This document shows, in pieces, positions 8,826-17,482 of a stretch of DNA of 27,200 bases. Position 1 is the first letter of the stretch. Each line of letters opens with the position of its first letter. This stretch comes from Candidatus Velthaea sp. (GTDB lineage: Bacteria > Vulcanimicrobiota > Vulcanimicrobiia > Vulcanimicrobiales > Vulcanimicrobiaceae): the NCBI GenBank assembly GCA_050012475.1, contig JBEKHC010000071.1, positions 1 through 27,200 of the forward strand, in the 5' to 3' direction. Made by a program: the position numbers and the translations under genes. Under the pieces are notes generated by a model, which was given only the letters and a program-made list of their open reading frames with translations, did no database searches and was not told where the DNA came from.

Positions 8826-10061
8826 GTGGCCCGCGGCAAACGCATCTTCGATCCGATCCACCGCTTCATCGAACTGGACGCCGGCGAGGTCGCGCTCCTC
8901 GAAGCGCCGCCGCTGCAGCGCATGCGCCGGCTGCGCCAGCTCGGACTTGCCTATCTCGCGTATCCGTCGGCCGAACATTCGCGCTTTTCCCACGCCCTGG
9001 GCGCGCTGGCGACGGGGACCCGCGTGCTCGACGCGCTACGCGTCCATTCGCCTCAAGCCTTCGATTCGGACGTCGAATTCGCCGCGCTGCGGCGCCTGCT
9101 GCGCGCCAGTTTGCTGCTGCACGACGTTGGGCACGGTCCGTTCAGTCACGCCTCCGAGGCCGCGCTGGGCGTTCGGCACGAAGCACGAACCGCGGAGATT
9201 CTCGCGCTGCCGCAGATTGCGCAGGCGCTCGACGCGCTCGGCGTCGAACGCGCCGACGTGCTCGCGCTCATCGTCGGCACGTCGCAGCAGCACCCCGTGC
9301 TGCGCGAACTCGTGAGCGGACCCAATCTCGATGCCGACCGCATGGACTACTTGCTGCGCGACGCCTATTTCACCGGCGTCGGGAGCGGCGGTTACGACAG
9401 CGAACAGCTCATCGCATCGCTGCGCGTGCTCGACGTGGACGGGCGCCAGGAACTCGGCGTCGACGGCCGCGGTGTCGTTGCGCTCGAATCCTTCGTGCTG
9501 GCCCGCTACATGATGTTTGCCAGCGTGTATTTTCACCATACGACGCGCGCGTTCGAACGGGTGCTGGGCGAAGTGCTTGCGCGGCTGTGGACCGAGCCGC
9601 GCAAACTCGACGACATCGACGAATATCTCGCCTGGGATGACTTGCGCGTGCTCGATGCGATCCGCGACGATCCGGATCCGGCCTCACGTGCGCTGCGCGA
9701 CCGCGTCACGCTGTACGGGCTCGCCGCGGAGTTCAACGCCGAACACGATCTTGCGACGTATGGCGCGTGCGAACGCGCGCTGCGCGCCCGATTCGGGGCC
9801 GCCGTCTGGAGCGACTCGCAGGAGCAGCTGATGCATCGCCTGCCGCTGGGCGGTGACGGCAAGCCCACCGTGCACATCAGCATCGGCGGGCGCATCGTCG
9901 ACGCCCGCCGGGCCTCGGACGTCATCGCGAAGCTGTCGGGCAAGGCCTATTGGCGCAAACTCTTCGTGCGCAAAGCCGACGCCGACGTCGACACCGCCCG
10001 CGCGATCTGCCGCGACATCATCGCCGCGGAACGCATGCCCTCACTGTTCGATCCGGCGTAA
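8826..10061 (+). CDS. HD-domain phosphohydrolase, SAMHD1/YwfO-like dNTP triphosphohydrolase family
   Basis: IFDPIH, QRMRRLRQLG, HSRFSHALG, LLHDVGHGPFSH, DADRMDYLLRD, RYMMFASVYFHH. GTG 8826 chosen because family similarity begins there. Confidence 0.92.
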   Translation: MARGKRIFDPIHRFIELDAGEVALLEAPPLQRMRRLRQLGLAYLAYPSAEHSRFSHALGALATGTRVLDALRVHSPQAFDSDVEFAALRRLLRASLLLHDVGHGPFSHASEAALGVRHEARTAEILALPQIAQALDALGVERADVLALIVGTSQQHPVLRELVSGPNLDADRMDYLLRDAYFTGVGSGGYDSEQLIASLRVLDVDGRQELGVDGRGVVALESFVLARYMMFASVYFHHTTRAFERVLGEVLARLWTEPRKLDDIDEYLAWDDLRVLDAIRDDPDPASRALRDRVTLYGLAAEFNAEHDLATYGACERALRARFGAAVWSDSQEQLMHRLPLGGDGKPTVHISIGGRIVDARRASDVIAKLSGKAYWRKLFVRKADADVDTARAICRDIIAAERMPSLFDPA

Positions 10062-10091
10062 GCACCGTCCGGCAACGGGTAAGAGCCGGGC

Positions 10092-10703
10092 ATGCAGCAA
10101 AGCGCGGCGGCCGTTCTCGGCACATGGTCGAACTTTTACGTCATCACCGGTTCGGCGGCTGCCGCCCTTACGGGTCTGGTGTTCGTCGTCATCACCCTGG
10201 TCGCCGGAGGAAGTGCCGGTTCGAGCCGGGAGGGGGTCGCGACGTTCAGCACGCCGACCGTGGTCCACTTCGGCACGGTGCTGTTCGTTTCGGCGCTCAT
10301 GAGTGCGCCTTGGCGCTCGCTCACGCATGCTGGTGTCATCCTCGCCCTGACCGGTGTCTGCGGCATCATCTACATCGTGCGCGTAACCCAACGGGCGCGC
10401 CGGGGCCCGGACAGCGCGTATCAGCCGGACTTCGAAGACTGGCTGTGGTACTCGGCCTTGCCGATCGGCGCCTACGTCGTCCTCGCCGGTGCGGCGATCG
10501 GCCTCGCTGCGGCGCCTTCCATCGCCCTCTTCGCGCTCGCCGCCGGCGTCTTGCTGCTGATTTTCATCGGCATTCACAACGCCTGGGACGTCGTCACCTA
10601 TATCGCCGTCCAGCTCGCGGCGGCAAAAGACGCGAAACGGACCGACGAGCGATCGTCTTCGCACGCGCAGCCCACACCCGAAGAGTTCGCGGACCGGCCA
10701 TAA
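10092..10703 (+). CDS. Hypothetical integral membrane protein (~5-6 TM helices)
   Basis: 203 aa with several hydrophobic segments, N-terminal WSNFYVITGSAAAALTGLVFV and C-terminal GIHNAWD. Fills the gap between the HD gene and the palindrome. Confidence 0.8.
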   Translation: MQQSAAAVLGTWSNFYVITGSAAAALTGLVFVVITLVAGGSAGSSREGVATFSTPTVVHFGTVLFVSALMSAPWRSLTHAGVILALTGVCGIIYIVRVTQRARRGPDSAYQPDFEDWLWYSALPIGAYVVLAGAAIGLAAAPSIALFALAAGVLLLIFIGIHNAWDVVTYIAVQLAAAKDAKRTDERSSSHAQPTPEEFADRP

Positions 10704-10713
10704 CCCAAGGTAC

Positions 10714-10822
10714 GGTGTAGATGCTCTGATTTCGTCCTGGCGAGGAGCAAAGCGGCGAAGTTTGCTTCAGCAAATGAGCCGCGTAGCGACGACGTCCAGG
10801 GCGAAATCAGAGCATCTACACC
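10714..10822. mobile_element. 109-bp palindromic MITE/REP-like element with 27-bp terminal inverted repeats
   Basis: Left arm ggtgtagatgctctgatttcgtcctgg (10714-10740) and right arm ccagggcgaaatcagagcatctacacc (10796-10822) are 26/27 complementary, with an internal hairpin gcggc…tttgc-ttca-gcaaa…gccgc. The inverted repeat is certain; mobility is inferred. Confidence 0.6.
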
Positions 10823-11817
10823 CGGCGCCGCGAGGTTGCCGCGAACAAGGCGCGCAACAGGCGGTCGCGGTCGAGATCGTAGCGCAGCGCCAGATCGTCG
10901 GCTTGCGCGATCGCGCGATCGCAGGCTTCGTCGGCCGCGGCCTGCGCGCCCAACCGGTCGAGCGCCGCGATGACCGCCACCGCGTCGGCGTCGCTCAGCT
11001 CGCCGATGCGCGCGTAGGCCTTCTCGACGACGCTGCGATCGGCCGACGGTTTTCCGTCGAGCGCCCAAACGACGGGGAACGACCATTTGCGGCGGCGGAT
11101 ATCGGCGCCGCTGGGCTTGCCGGTCTCGGCCGTCGTGCCCCACGTGCCCAAAATATCGTCGCGGATTTGAAACGCCCGCCCGTACGCACGGCCGAATGCT
11201 GCGTACGCCAACGCGCGTTCGTCGCCGACGCCCGCCGAACGCGCGCCCAGCTCGCAGGCCGCCGAGAACAGCGCCGCCGTTTTGCCGGCGATCATGTGCA
11301 GGTAGTCGGCGAATGTCACGAATTGCGCGGTCTCGAAACCGATGTCGAGTCCCTGGCCCTCGCACATGTGGAAATTCGCGCGCTGCAAACAGCGTTCCAT
11401 CGCCACGCGCCGTCCGGCCGGGATGTCGGCAGCGCCCGAAAAGAGCGCCAAATAACTCATCGCGCACATCGCGTTGCCGGCGACGATGGCACTGGGAACG
11501 CCGAAGCGCACCCACAGCGTCGGCCGTCCGTGGCGAATCTCGTCGCGATCTTCGATGTCATCGTGGATGAGCGAGTAGTTGTGCAGTAACTCGATCGCGA
11601 TGGCGGGGCCGTCGGCGTCGCCGCCGCGCGCGCCTTCGGTCTGCGACACCATCAGCAGAATGTGCGGCCGCAGACGCTTCCCGCGGCGGCGGCCGGCTTC
11701 ACCGTACCCGAAGTGGGCGCGCACCATGGCGGCGATGGGCGCATCGCTTTGACAGCGCAGAATCCATTCTTCGAGGCGATCCTCGAAAGCGGTCAACGCG
11801 TCGGGTGCGAGCGCCAT
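10816..11817 (-). CDS. Short-chain trans-isoprenyl diphosphate synthase (FPP/GGPP synthase)
   Basis: GKRLRP, FARM HNYSLIHDDIED-x4-RHGRPT, GQGLD, GKTAALF, SARM FQIRDDILG. Last gene of the hpn minus-strand operon. Confidence 0.93.
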   Translation of the reverse strand: MALAPDALTAFEDRLEEWILRCQSDAPIAAMVRAHFGYGEAGRRRGKRLRPHILLMVSQTEGARGGDADGPAIAIELLHNYSLIHDDIEDRDEIRHGRPTLWVRFGVPSAIVAGNAMCAMSYLALFSGAADIPAGRRVAMERCLQRANFHMCEGQGLDIGFETAQFVTFADYLHMIAGKTAALFSAACELGARSAGVGDERALAYAAFGRAYGRAFQIRDDILGTWGTTAETGKPSGADIRRRKWSFPVVWALDGKPSADRSVVEKAYARIGELSDADAVAVIAALDRLGAQAAADEACDRAIAQADDLALRYDLDRDRLLRALFAATSRRRV

Positions 11818-11818
11818 T

Positions 11819-12838
11819 TTACTTCGAGAGCACCGACTTGAACGAAGACACGATGTTCTGCGGCCGCATCGAGTCGATCACCGCGGTCATCTCATAGCCC
11901 GAGTGAACCATGCAATCGGTGCATTTGGGGTTGCCGCTCTTTTGCCCGTACTTGGACCAGTCGGTCGTATCCAGATACTCTTGCCAGGTTTTCGCGTACC
12001 CCTCGCCGAGCAGATAGCATGGTTTCTGCCAGCCGAACAGCGAGTACGACGGCATGCCCCAGGGCGTGCAGTCGTAGTCTTTGTCGCCGATGAGGAACTC
12101 CATGAACAGCGGGCTGGCGTTGAACTCCCATTTCGTCTTGCCCGCGGTGTACGGCAGCATGATTTCGCGGAACAGCGCCTTGGTCTGATCGCGCTGCAGG
12201 AAATGCTCTTGATCCGGCGCCTTCTCGTATGGATAGCCGGGCGAGATCATCATGCCGTCGACTTTGAGTTCGTTGGTCGCGAAGTCGAAGAACGCTTGAA
12301 CGCGTTTGGGATCGGCGTCCTTGAAAACGGTCGTATTGGTCGTCACACGGAACCCGCGCGCCTTCGCAGCTTTGATCGCTTTGACTGCGACGTCGAAGAT
12401 TCCGGCGCGGTCGACGGCCTTGTCGTGTTCGGCCTGCAGCCCGTCGAGGTGCACGCTGAACGAGAAGTACGGCGACGGCGTGAACTTGTCGAGATTGGCT
12501 TCCAGCCGAATCGCGTTCGTGCACAGGTAGACGAACTTCTTGCGCGCGACCAGCCCGCGCACGATCTCGTCGATCTGCGGGTGCAGCAGCGGCTCGCCGC
12601 CTGGAATCGCGACAACCGGCGCCCCGCATTCGTCCGCCGCGCGAAAACATTCTTCCGGCGTCAAATGACGGCGCAAGACCTCGACGGGATGCTGGATTTT
12701 GCCGCAGCCGCTGCAGGCGAGGTTACAGCGGAACAGCGGTTCGAGCATCAGCACGAGCGGGAAGCGCTTTTTGCCCCGGACCCATTGTCCGATCAGGTAC
12801 GATCCGACACCGAATGCTTGTTGGAGGGAAATGGCCAT
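11819..12838 (-). CDS. hpnH: Adenosyl-hopene transferase, radical SAM protein HpnH
   Basis: [23 protein letters not shown] (CxxxCxxC), [55 protein letters not shown]. Clustered with shc. Confidence 0.96.
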   Translation of the reverse strand: MAISLQQAFGVGSYLIGQWVRGKKRFPLVLMLEPLFRCNLACSGCGKIQHPVEVLRRHLTPEECFRAADECGAPVVAIPGGEPLLHPQIDEIVRGLVARKKFVYLCTNAIRLEANLDKFTPSPYFSFSVHLDGLQAEHDKAVDRAGIFDVAVKAIKAAKARGFRVTTNTTVFKDADPKRVQAFFDFATNELKVDGMMISPGYPYEKAPDQEHFLQRDQTKALFREIMLPYTAGKTKWEFNASPLFMEFLIGDKDYDCTPWGMPSYSLFGWQKPCYLLGEGYAKTWQEYLDTTDWSKYGQKSGNPKCTDCMVHSGYEMTAVIDSMRPQNIVSSFKSVLSK

Positions 12839-12844
12839 GCGAGG

Positions 12845-13846
12845 TTACCGGTGGTCCTTTCGGGGCGAGTCGAGATAGCCGTGGTCTGAAAACCATTGGA
12901 CCGCATCGGCCAGCGCGACGGTTACATCGCTTTGCGGCAAGCCGAGGTCATGTACCGCTTTTCGCGCGTCATAGTACATCTGCCCCTTTGCCATCCGGAC
13001 GCTCTCCAGAGCGACATCGGGCGTGAAGCCCAAGGGCGCGAGCAAGTACTCGCCGATCGCCGCGTACGCCAGCGGAACGGCCTGGGGAACGCGAAAGCGA
13101 GGAACGGAGCGCTGCGTTATTTTTGCCAGCCGGACGAAGATCTCGCGCAATGGGAGATTGAGATTGCCCAAGATATAGCGTTCGCCGGCAACGCCGCGCT
13201 CGTACGCCAAGCGATGCCCGGCGGCGCAATCGCGCACGTCGATGAGATTGAGGCCGGTGTCGACGTACGCCGGCATGGCGCCGCGGGCAAAGCGCAGCAC
13301 GATCTCGCCCGTCGGCGTCGGCTTGACGTCCCAGGGCCCGATCGGCGTGCTCGGATTGACGATGACGACGTCCTGGCCGGCGGCAGCCGCTTCGCGCGCC
13401 ACCCGTTCACCGAGGAATTTGGATTTCTTGTAAACGCCGACCAGCTTCGCGTAGGGGCTCTGATAGGTTTCATCGGCGACGCCGCCGTGGCGGACCCCGA
13501 TCGCGGCGACCGAGCTGGTATACACCACCCGCGGCACGCCGGCTTCGCGCGCCGACCGCAAGACGTTGCGGGTGCCCTCGACGTTGGTGCGCAGCACGTC
13601 GTCGCGGTCGCGGCGCCATAAGCTGTAGCGCGCGGCGACGTGAAACACCGCGTCGCAGCCGCGCATCGCCGGCCCCAAATCCGGCGCGAACAGGTCGCCG
13701 GCGACGCTGGCGACGTTCAAGCCGGCGAGCGCGGGGGGTTCCGGCGAGCGCACCAGCACCCGGACCTGCCAATCGTGGGCCAGCAGATCGCGCACGACGT
13801 TCGCGCCGACGAAACCGGCGGCGCCGGTGACGAATGCCGTTTTCAC
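12845..13846 (-). CDS. hpnA: Hopanoid-associated NAD-dependent epimerase/dehydratase HpnA
   Basis: VTGAAGFVG, FHVAARY, YTSSVA, YKKSK, VNPSTPIGPWDVKPTPTG, MPAYVDTGLN. GTG overlaps the RND stop (GTGA). Confidence 0.92.
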   Translation of the reverse strand: MKTAFVTGAAGFVGANVVRDLLAHDWQVRVLVRSPEPPALAGLNVASVAGDLFAPDLGPAMRGCDAVFHVAARYSLWRRDRDDVLRTNVEGTRNVLRSAREAGVPRVVYTSSVAAIGVRHGGVADETYQSPYAKLVGVYKKSKFLGERVAREAAAAGQDVVIVNPSTPIGPWDVKPTPTGEIVLRFARGAMPAYVDTGLNLIDVRDCAAGHRLAYERGVAGERYILGNLNLPLREIFVRLAKITQRSVPRFRVPQAVPLAYAAIGEYLLAPLGFTPDVALESVRMAKGQMYYDARKAVHDLGLPQSDVTVALADAVQWFSDHGYLDSPRKDHR

Positions 13847-16323
13847 TGCTTGCGGTCCACGAACGTGTAGGCCACGGGGATCACCACCAAGCTCAAAACG
13901 GTCGAGGAAATCAGGCCGCCGATGATCGCGATCGCCATCGGGGCGCGCAGCTCGGATCCCGCGCCGAAACCGACCGCGATCGGCAGCATCCCCAAGATCG
14001 TCGCCGATGTCGTCATCACGATCGGCCGGAACCGCCGCGAGGCGGCTTCGAGAACCGCCGCCGCCCGCTCCATGCCGGCTCGCCGGCGCTGCACGATCGC
14101 GTCGACGAGCAGAATCGCGTTCTTGTTCACCAGGCCGAACAAGAAGATCACGCCCATGAGCGAGATGAGGCCGAAGTCGGCCCGCACGACGAACAGCGCG
14201 AAGAGCGCACCGACGACCGACAGCGGCAAGGCCACGACGATCACCAGCGGCGCGCGCCAGCCGCGAAACAACAATCCGAGCACCACGATGATGCTCAGGG
14301 TCGAAAGGGCCAGGGTTATTCCGAAGCTCCCGAAGGTCGTGATCGTGTCGCCGGCCTCCCCGGCGAAAACATAGCGCGCGGTCTTGGGCAGGATGGCCCG
14401 CGCGATGGCGTCGACGCGCGCGGTGGCATCGCCGATATTGACGCCGACGAGGTCGGCGTCGACGTAGACGACCCGCTTGGCACCCTCGCGGGTGATCAGG
14501 GTCGGAATCCCGTGGGCGAACGTCAGCCCCCCGGCGCTGACGTCCACGAAGCCCTTCTGACCGGTGAGGCGCCGCGCCAACTGCTCGGAGGCGCGCTGCA
14601 AGACCGTCAGCTGCGGATCGGAGACCGTGATCCGCAGCGGCTTGGTCACCCCGTTTTCGACGAACGGCACGTCTTCGACGCTCGTGGTCGCATTGGCCAG
14701 TGGAGGAAGCATCGCGCGGACGCGGTTCTCGACCACGATGGTGGGCGCGCTGCGGTCGTGCTTGAGGGTCACGGCCAGGGTCGCGACCGCCGGGTCGCCG
14801 CGATCGCCGACGGCCGCGAGGACCGTTGCGACATCGGCGTCGCGGCGGATCACGGCGTCGATGCTCTCCGCGTCGGTAATCGCGTCGTGAACCGGCGTTG
14901 GGCCGGCATTGTTGAGCCGGATGGTGACCTGGAATTGGCCGCGATCGAGGTGCGGGATGAAGCCCTTGGGGATGAGGGGGATGATCGCGAGGCCGATCAG
15001 GAAGCTCACGACCGCGCCGCTGACGATCACGGCGCGATGGCGCAGCGACCAGCTCAGGGCGGCGGCGTAGAGCCGCGGCGCGGTCCGTTCGCGCGGATCG
15101 CGCCCCGAGGGCTTGAGCAGATACGCGGCCAGCATCGGCGAGAGCGTCCGCGCGACGGCCAGCGAGGTGAGGACGGCGACCGAGGCCGTCAGCCCGAACG
15201 GCCGAAAGAACTGGCCGAGGGTGCCGGTCATGAACGCAATCGGCAAAAACACCGCGACGATGGTGAGCGTCGCGGCGGTCACCGTGAGCCCGATTTCGTC
15301 GGTCCCTTTTTCGGCTGCCACCCGCGGCGTCTCGCCGCTCTGGATGTGGCGTTCGATGTTCTCGACGTCGACGATCGCGTCGTCGACGATTACTCCGGTC
15401 ACCAGCGTGAGCGCTAAAAGCGTGATGGTTTCCAGATTGAAATGGAACAGCGCCATCGCGATCGCCGTCCCCGCGAGTGAGACCGGGATCGCAATGGCCG
15501 AAATGAACGTCGCCCGCACGTCGCGCAGAAAGGGGAACACCACCAGCACCGATAGCGCCATCGCGATGCCCAGCGCGTCGGTCGTGGCGTGCGAAGCTTC
15601 GCGAATATACGGCGCCTGCGTCGCGGCGATCTCCAGTGGAATGCCCAGCAGCGCGCGGACCCGCGCCGCGACGACGTCGACGGCGGCAGCGACTTCGAGC
15701 GTGTTCGCGCCGCCTTTTTTGACGATGCGGATCATGATCGCACGCTGACCGTTGAGCCGCACCGCCGTGCTCTTGTCGGCACCGATCAGATCGGCGCGCA
15801 GCACGCCCGGAACCGCCTTGAAGGCCGGCACCGCGTCCCGGAACAGAATTCCGGCGTCGACGAGCAGCTTGACCTCGTCGTCGCTGGACTCCGCGTACGT
15901 TGCGACCGGGATCGCATTGATGTCGATCGACGTTGCTTTGATCGTTGCGCCGGGCGGAATGGGTCCGCGCGCGAGCAGCGCGTCGACGGCGGCGCGGCGC
16001 GCCTCGAGCGTCCCGCCGACGTCGAACGAGAGCGCGATCGAGGTGCGGCCGGGCTTCGAGGTCGAGCGCATGAGCGTCGAACCTGCCGGCGCCAGCACGC
16101 GTTCGAGCGGAATGGTGAGCCGCGCCTCGGTCGTGCGCGCATCGGGCTGGCCGCCGATGGCGGCGTCGACGACGATGAGCGGAATCGAGAAATCCGGGAG
16201 CAGCGTATACTTGAGCGAAGCGAAGGCGAAGCCGCCGGCAATGATGATGAACAGCCAGACGGCAGCCGTAACGATCGCGAATCGAATCGCGATTCGCGAA
16301 ATGTTAAAGCGTGAGCGCAGCAC
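13843..16323 (-). CDS. AcrB/AcrD/AcrF-family RND permease, shortened (826 aa); candidate hopanoid transporter
   Basis: TM4 GVIVDDAIVDVENI, TM10 GLVNKNAILLVD, TM11 RFRPIVMT, FLPIAFM-x-G-x2-GQFFRPFGLT and PMAIAIIGGL. Both periplasmic loops are short. Confidence 0.9.
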   Translation of the reverse strand: MLRSRFNISRIAIRFAIVTAAVWLFIIIAGGFAFASLKYTLLPDFSIPLIVVDAAIGGQPDARTTEARLTIPLERVLAPAGSTLMRSTSKPGRTSIALSFDVGGTLEARRAAVDALLARGPIPPGATIKATSIDINAIPVATYAESSDDEVKLLVDAGILFRDAVPAFKAVPGVLRADLIGADKSTAVRLNGQRAIMIRIVKKGGANTLEVAAAVDVVAARVRALLGIPLEIAATQAPYIREASHATTDALGIAMALSVLVVFPFLRDVRATFISAIAIPVSLAGTAIAMALFHFNLETITLLALTLVTGVIVDDAIVDVENIERHIQSGETPRVAAEKGTDEIGLTVTAATLTIVAVFLPIAFMTGTLGQFFRPFGLTASVAVLTSLAVARTLSPMLAAYLLKPSGRDPRERTAPRLYAAALSWSLRHRAVIVSGAVVSFLIGLAIIPLIPKGFIPHLDRGQFQVTIRLNNAGPTPVHDAITDAESIDAVIRRDADVATVLAAVGDRGDPAVATLAVTLKHDRSAPTIVVENRVRAMLPPLANATTSVEDVPFVENGVTKPLRITVSDPQLTVLQRASEQLARRLTGQKGFVDVSAGGLTFAHGIPTLITREGAKRVVYVDADLVGVNIGDATARVDAIARAILPKTARYVFAGEAGDTITTFGSFGITLALSTLSIIVVLGLLFRGWRAPLVIVVALPLSVVGALFALFVVRADFGLISLMGVIFLFGLVNKNAILLVDAIVQRRRAGMERAAAVLEAASRRFRPIVMTTSATILGMLPIAVGFGAGSELRAPMAIAIIGGLISSTVLSLVVIPVAYTFVDRKQ

Positions 16324-16354
16324 CTCTAAAGCGTTCGGCCCGTGGCCGCGCGGA

Positions 16355-17392
16355 TCACGACTGGCCGACGAAAACGAACGGCCGGCTGCGCACGCGTTCC
16401 ATGAGCCAGCGCAGCGTCGTATTGCTCAACGTCGTGGTCGAACCCGCCAGTATGAGTGACTTGACCTCACTGCGGGTGATCTTCACGCCGCCGCCTGAGA
16501 CGAGCATCTGTTCGCTGTGCTTGAGCTCGCGCAGCGTCGCGGCGGCAAACACGATCGGGAGAACGCAGAACAGCCGAATGCGCATCGCCGCCGGCGGGAT
16601 TTCGCTGACGTAGGCGAGCGCCTCATCGAGATCGGAGTCGGCGAGCGAGACAAGCGACTCGAGCGCGATGCGGTTATTGGCACGCAGCGCTGGATCGAGC
16701 AGCGAATCCTGACCGCTGCCTGCGGATTCGAGCAGGTCGCGCGGAATGAACACCGCGTTCTCGTGTTCGACGTCCCAGGGAATGTCTTTGAGGATGTTCA
16801 CCGTTTGCAGCGCTTCGCCGAAGGCCTCGCAATTGGTCAGCAATTTGGCATACGTCCGAGCCCGGACAAACGGCGAGTGCGCGTGCCACAAATCGGTCAG
16901 CAGATGACCCACGGTGCCGGCCACGAAATAACAGTAGCGCTTGAATTCGGCCATACTTTGGATCCGGATCCCGTCCGGATAGTCTCGCACGAACCCCTGC
17001 ATGCCCACGGTCATCTCGCTGACCCATTCCTGGATGATGCGCCGCGAGCCCGGATCGAGCGAACGATATGCCCGAAACACCAGGGAACTGCCGTCCAGAA
17101 GCTCGCGATCGGCCACGCTCATGCCGGCCCCGCCGGCGTCGGCGGCATAGCGCTCGGCGTCGTCCGCGTGCGCGAAGCAGACCCGGAATTGCTCGAGAAG
17201 CGCAAGCTTTCGGCCGGGCGCTAAACCGCGATCGTCCTCAATGGTGTCGGCGATGCGGCACAGCAGATACCCGATCGTTATCGGATCTTCGAGCGCCCGC
17301 GGAAGTAGACGGATGCCTAACGCAAACGTCCGCGAGACGCGCGGCAACATTGCGGTACAAAACCGATTTTCATTGACGACCGTTTCCACCAC
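16355..17392 (-). CDS. Squalene/phytoene synthase family protein, most similar to single-enzyme squalene synthase
   Basis: VSRTFAL flap, YLLCRIADTIEDD, YCYFVAGTVGHLLT, FGEALQTVNILKD, RLFC. First gene of the hpn operon. Confidence 0.88.
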   Translation of the reverse strand: MVETVVNENRFCTAMLPRVSRTFALGIRLLPRALEDPITIGYLLCRIADTIEDDRGLAPGRKLALLEQFRVCFAHADDAERYAADAGGAGMSVADRELLDGSSLVFRAYRSLDPGSRRIIQEWVSEMTVGMQGFVRDYPDGIRIQSMAEFKRYCYFVAGTVGHLLTDLWHAHSPFVRARTYAKLLTNCEAFGEALQTVNILKDIPWDVEHENAVFIPRDLLESAGSGQDSLLDPALRANNRIALESLVSLADSDLDEALAYVSEIPPAAMRIRLFCVLPIVFAAATLRELKHSEQMLVSGGGVKITRSEVKSLILAGSTTTLSNTTLRWLMERVRSRPFVFVGQS

Positions 17393-17482
17393 CCTACGGG
17401 TTTAGTCGGTTTCTTGCCGCGACCTGCCAAATGGCGCGATCAGCCGCAGGAGCGCATCGACAAAAATCGCAGAATATCGCGC

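Noticed and set aside
8826..10061. HD protein as an anti-phage dGTPase or as dgt
   Set aside because: The motifs fit the widespread SAMHD1/YwfO-like family rather than Dgt, and there is no defence-island context.
13834..15417. 527-aa + strand ORF
   Set aside because: Antisense shadow of the RND gene, with Arg/Gly/His-rich non-protein-like composition.
13843..16323. Calling the RND gene hpnN
   Set aside because: The motifs (VDDAIV.VENI, KNAILLVD, RPI.MT) are AcrB/HAE1-like rather than HpnN/MMPL-like, so no symbol was assigned.
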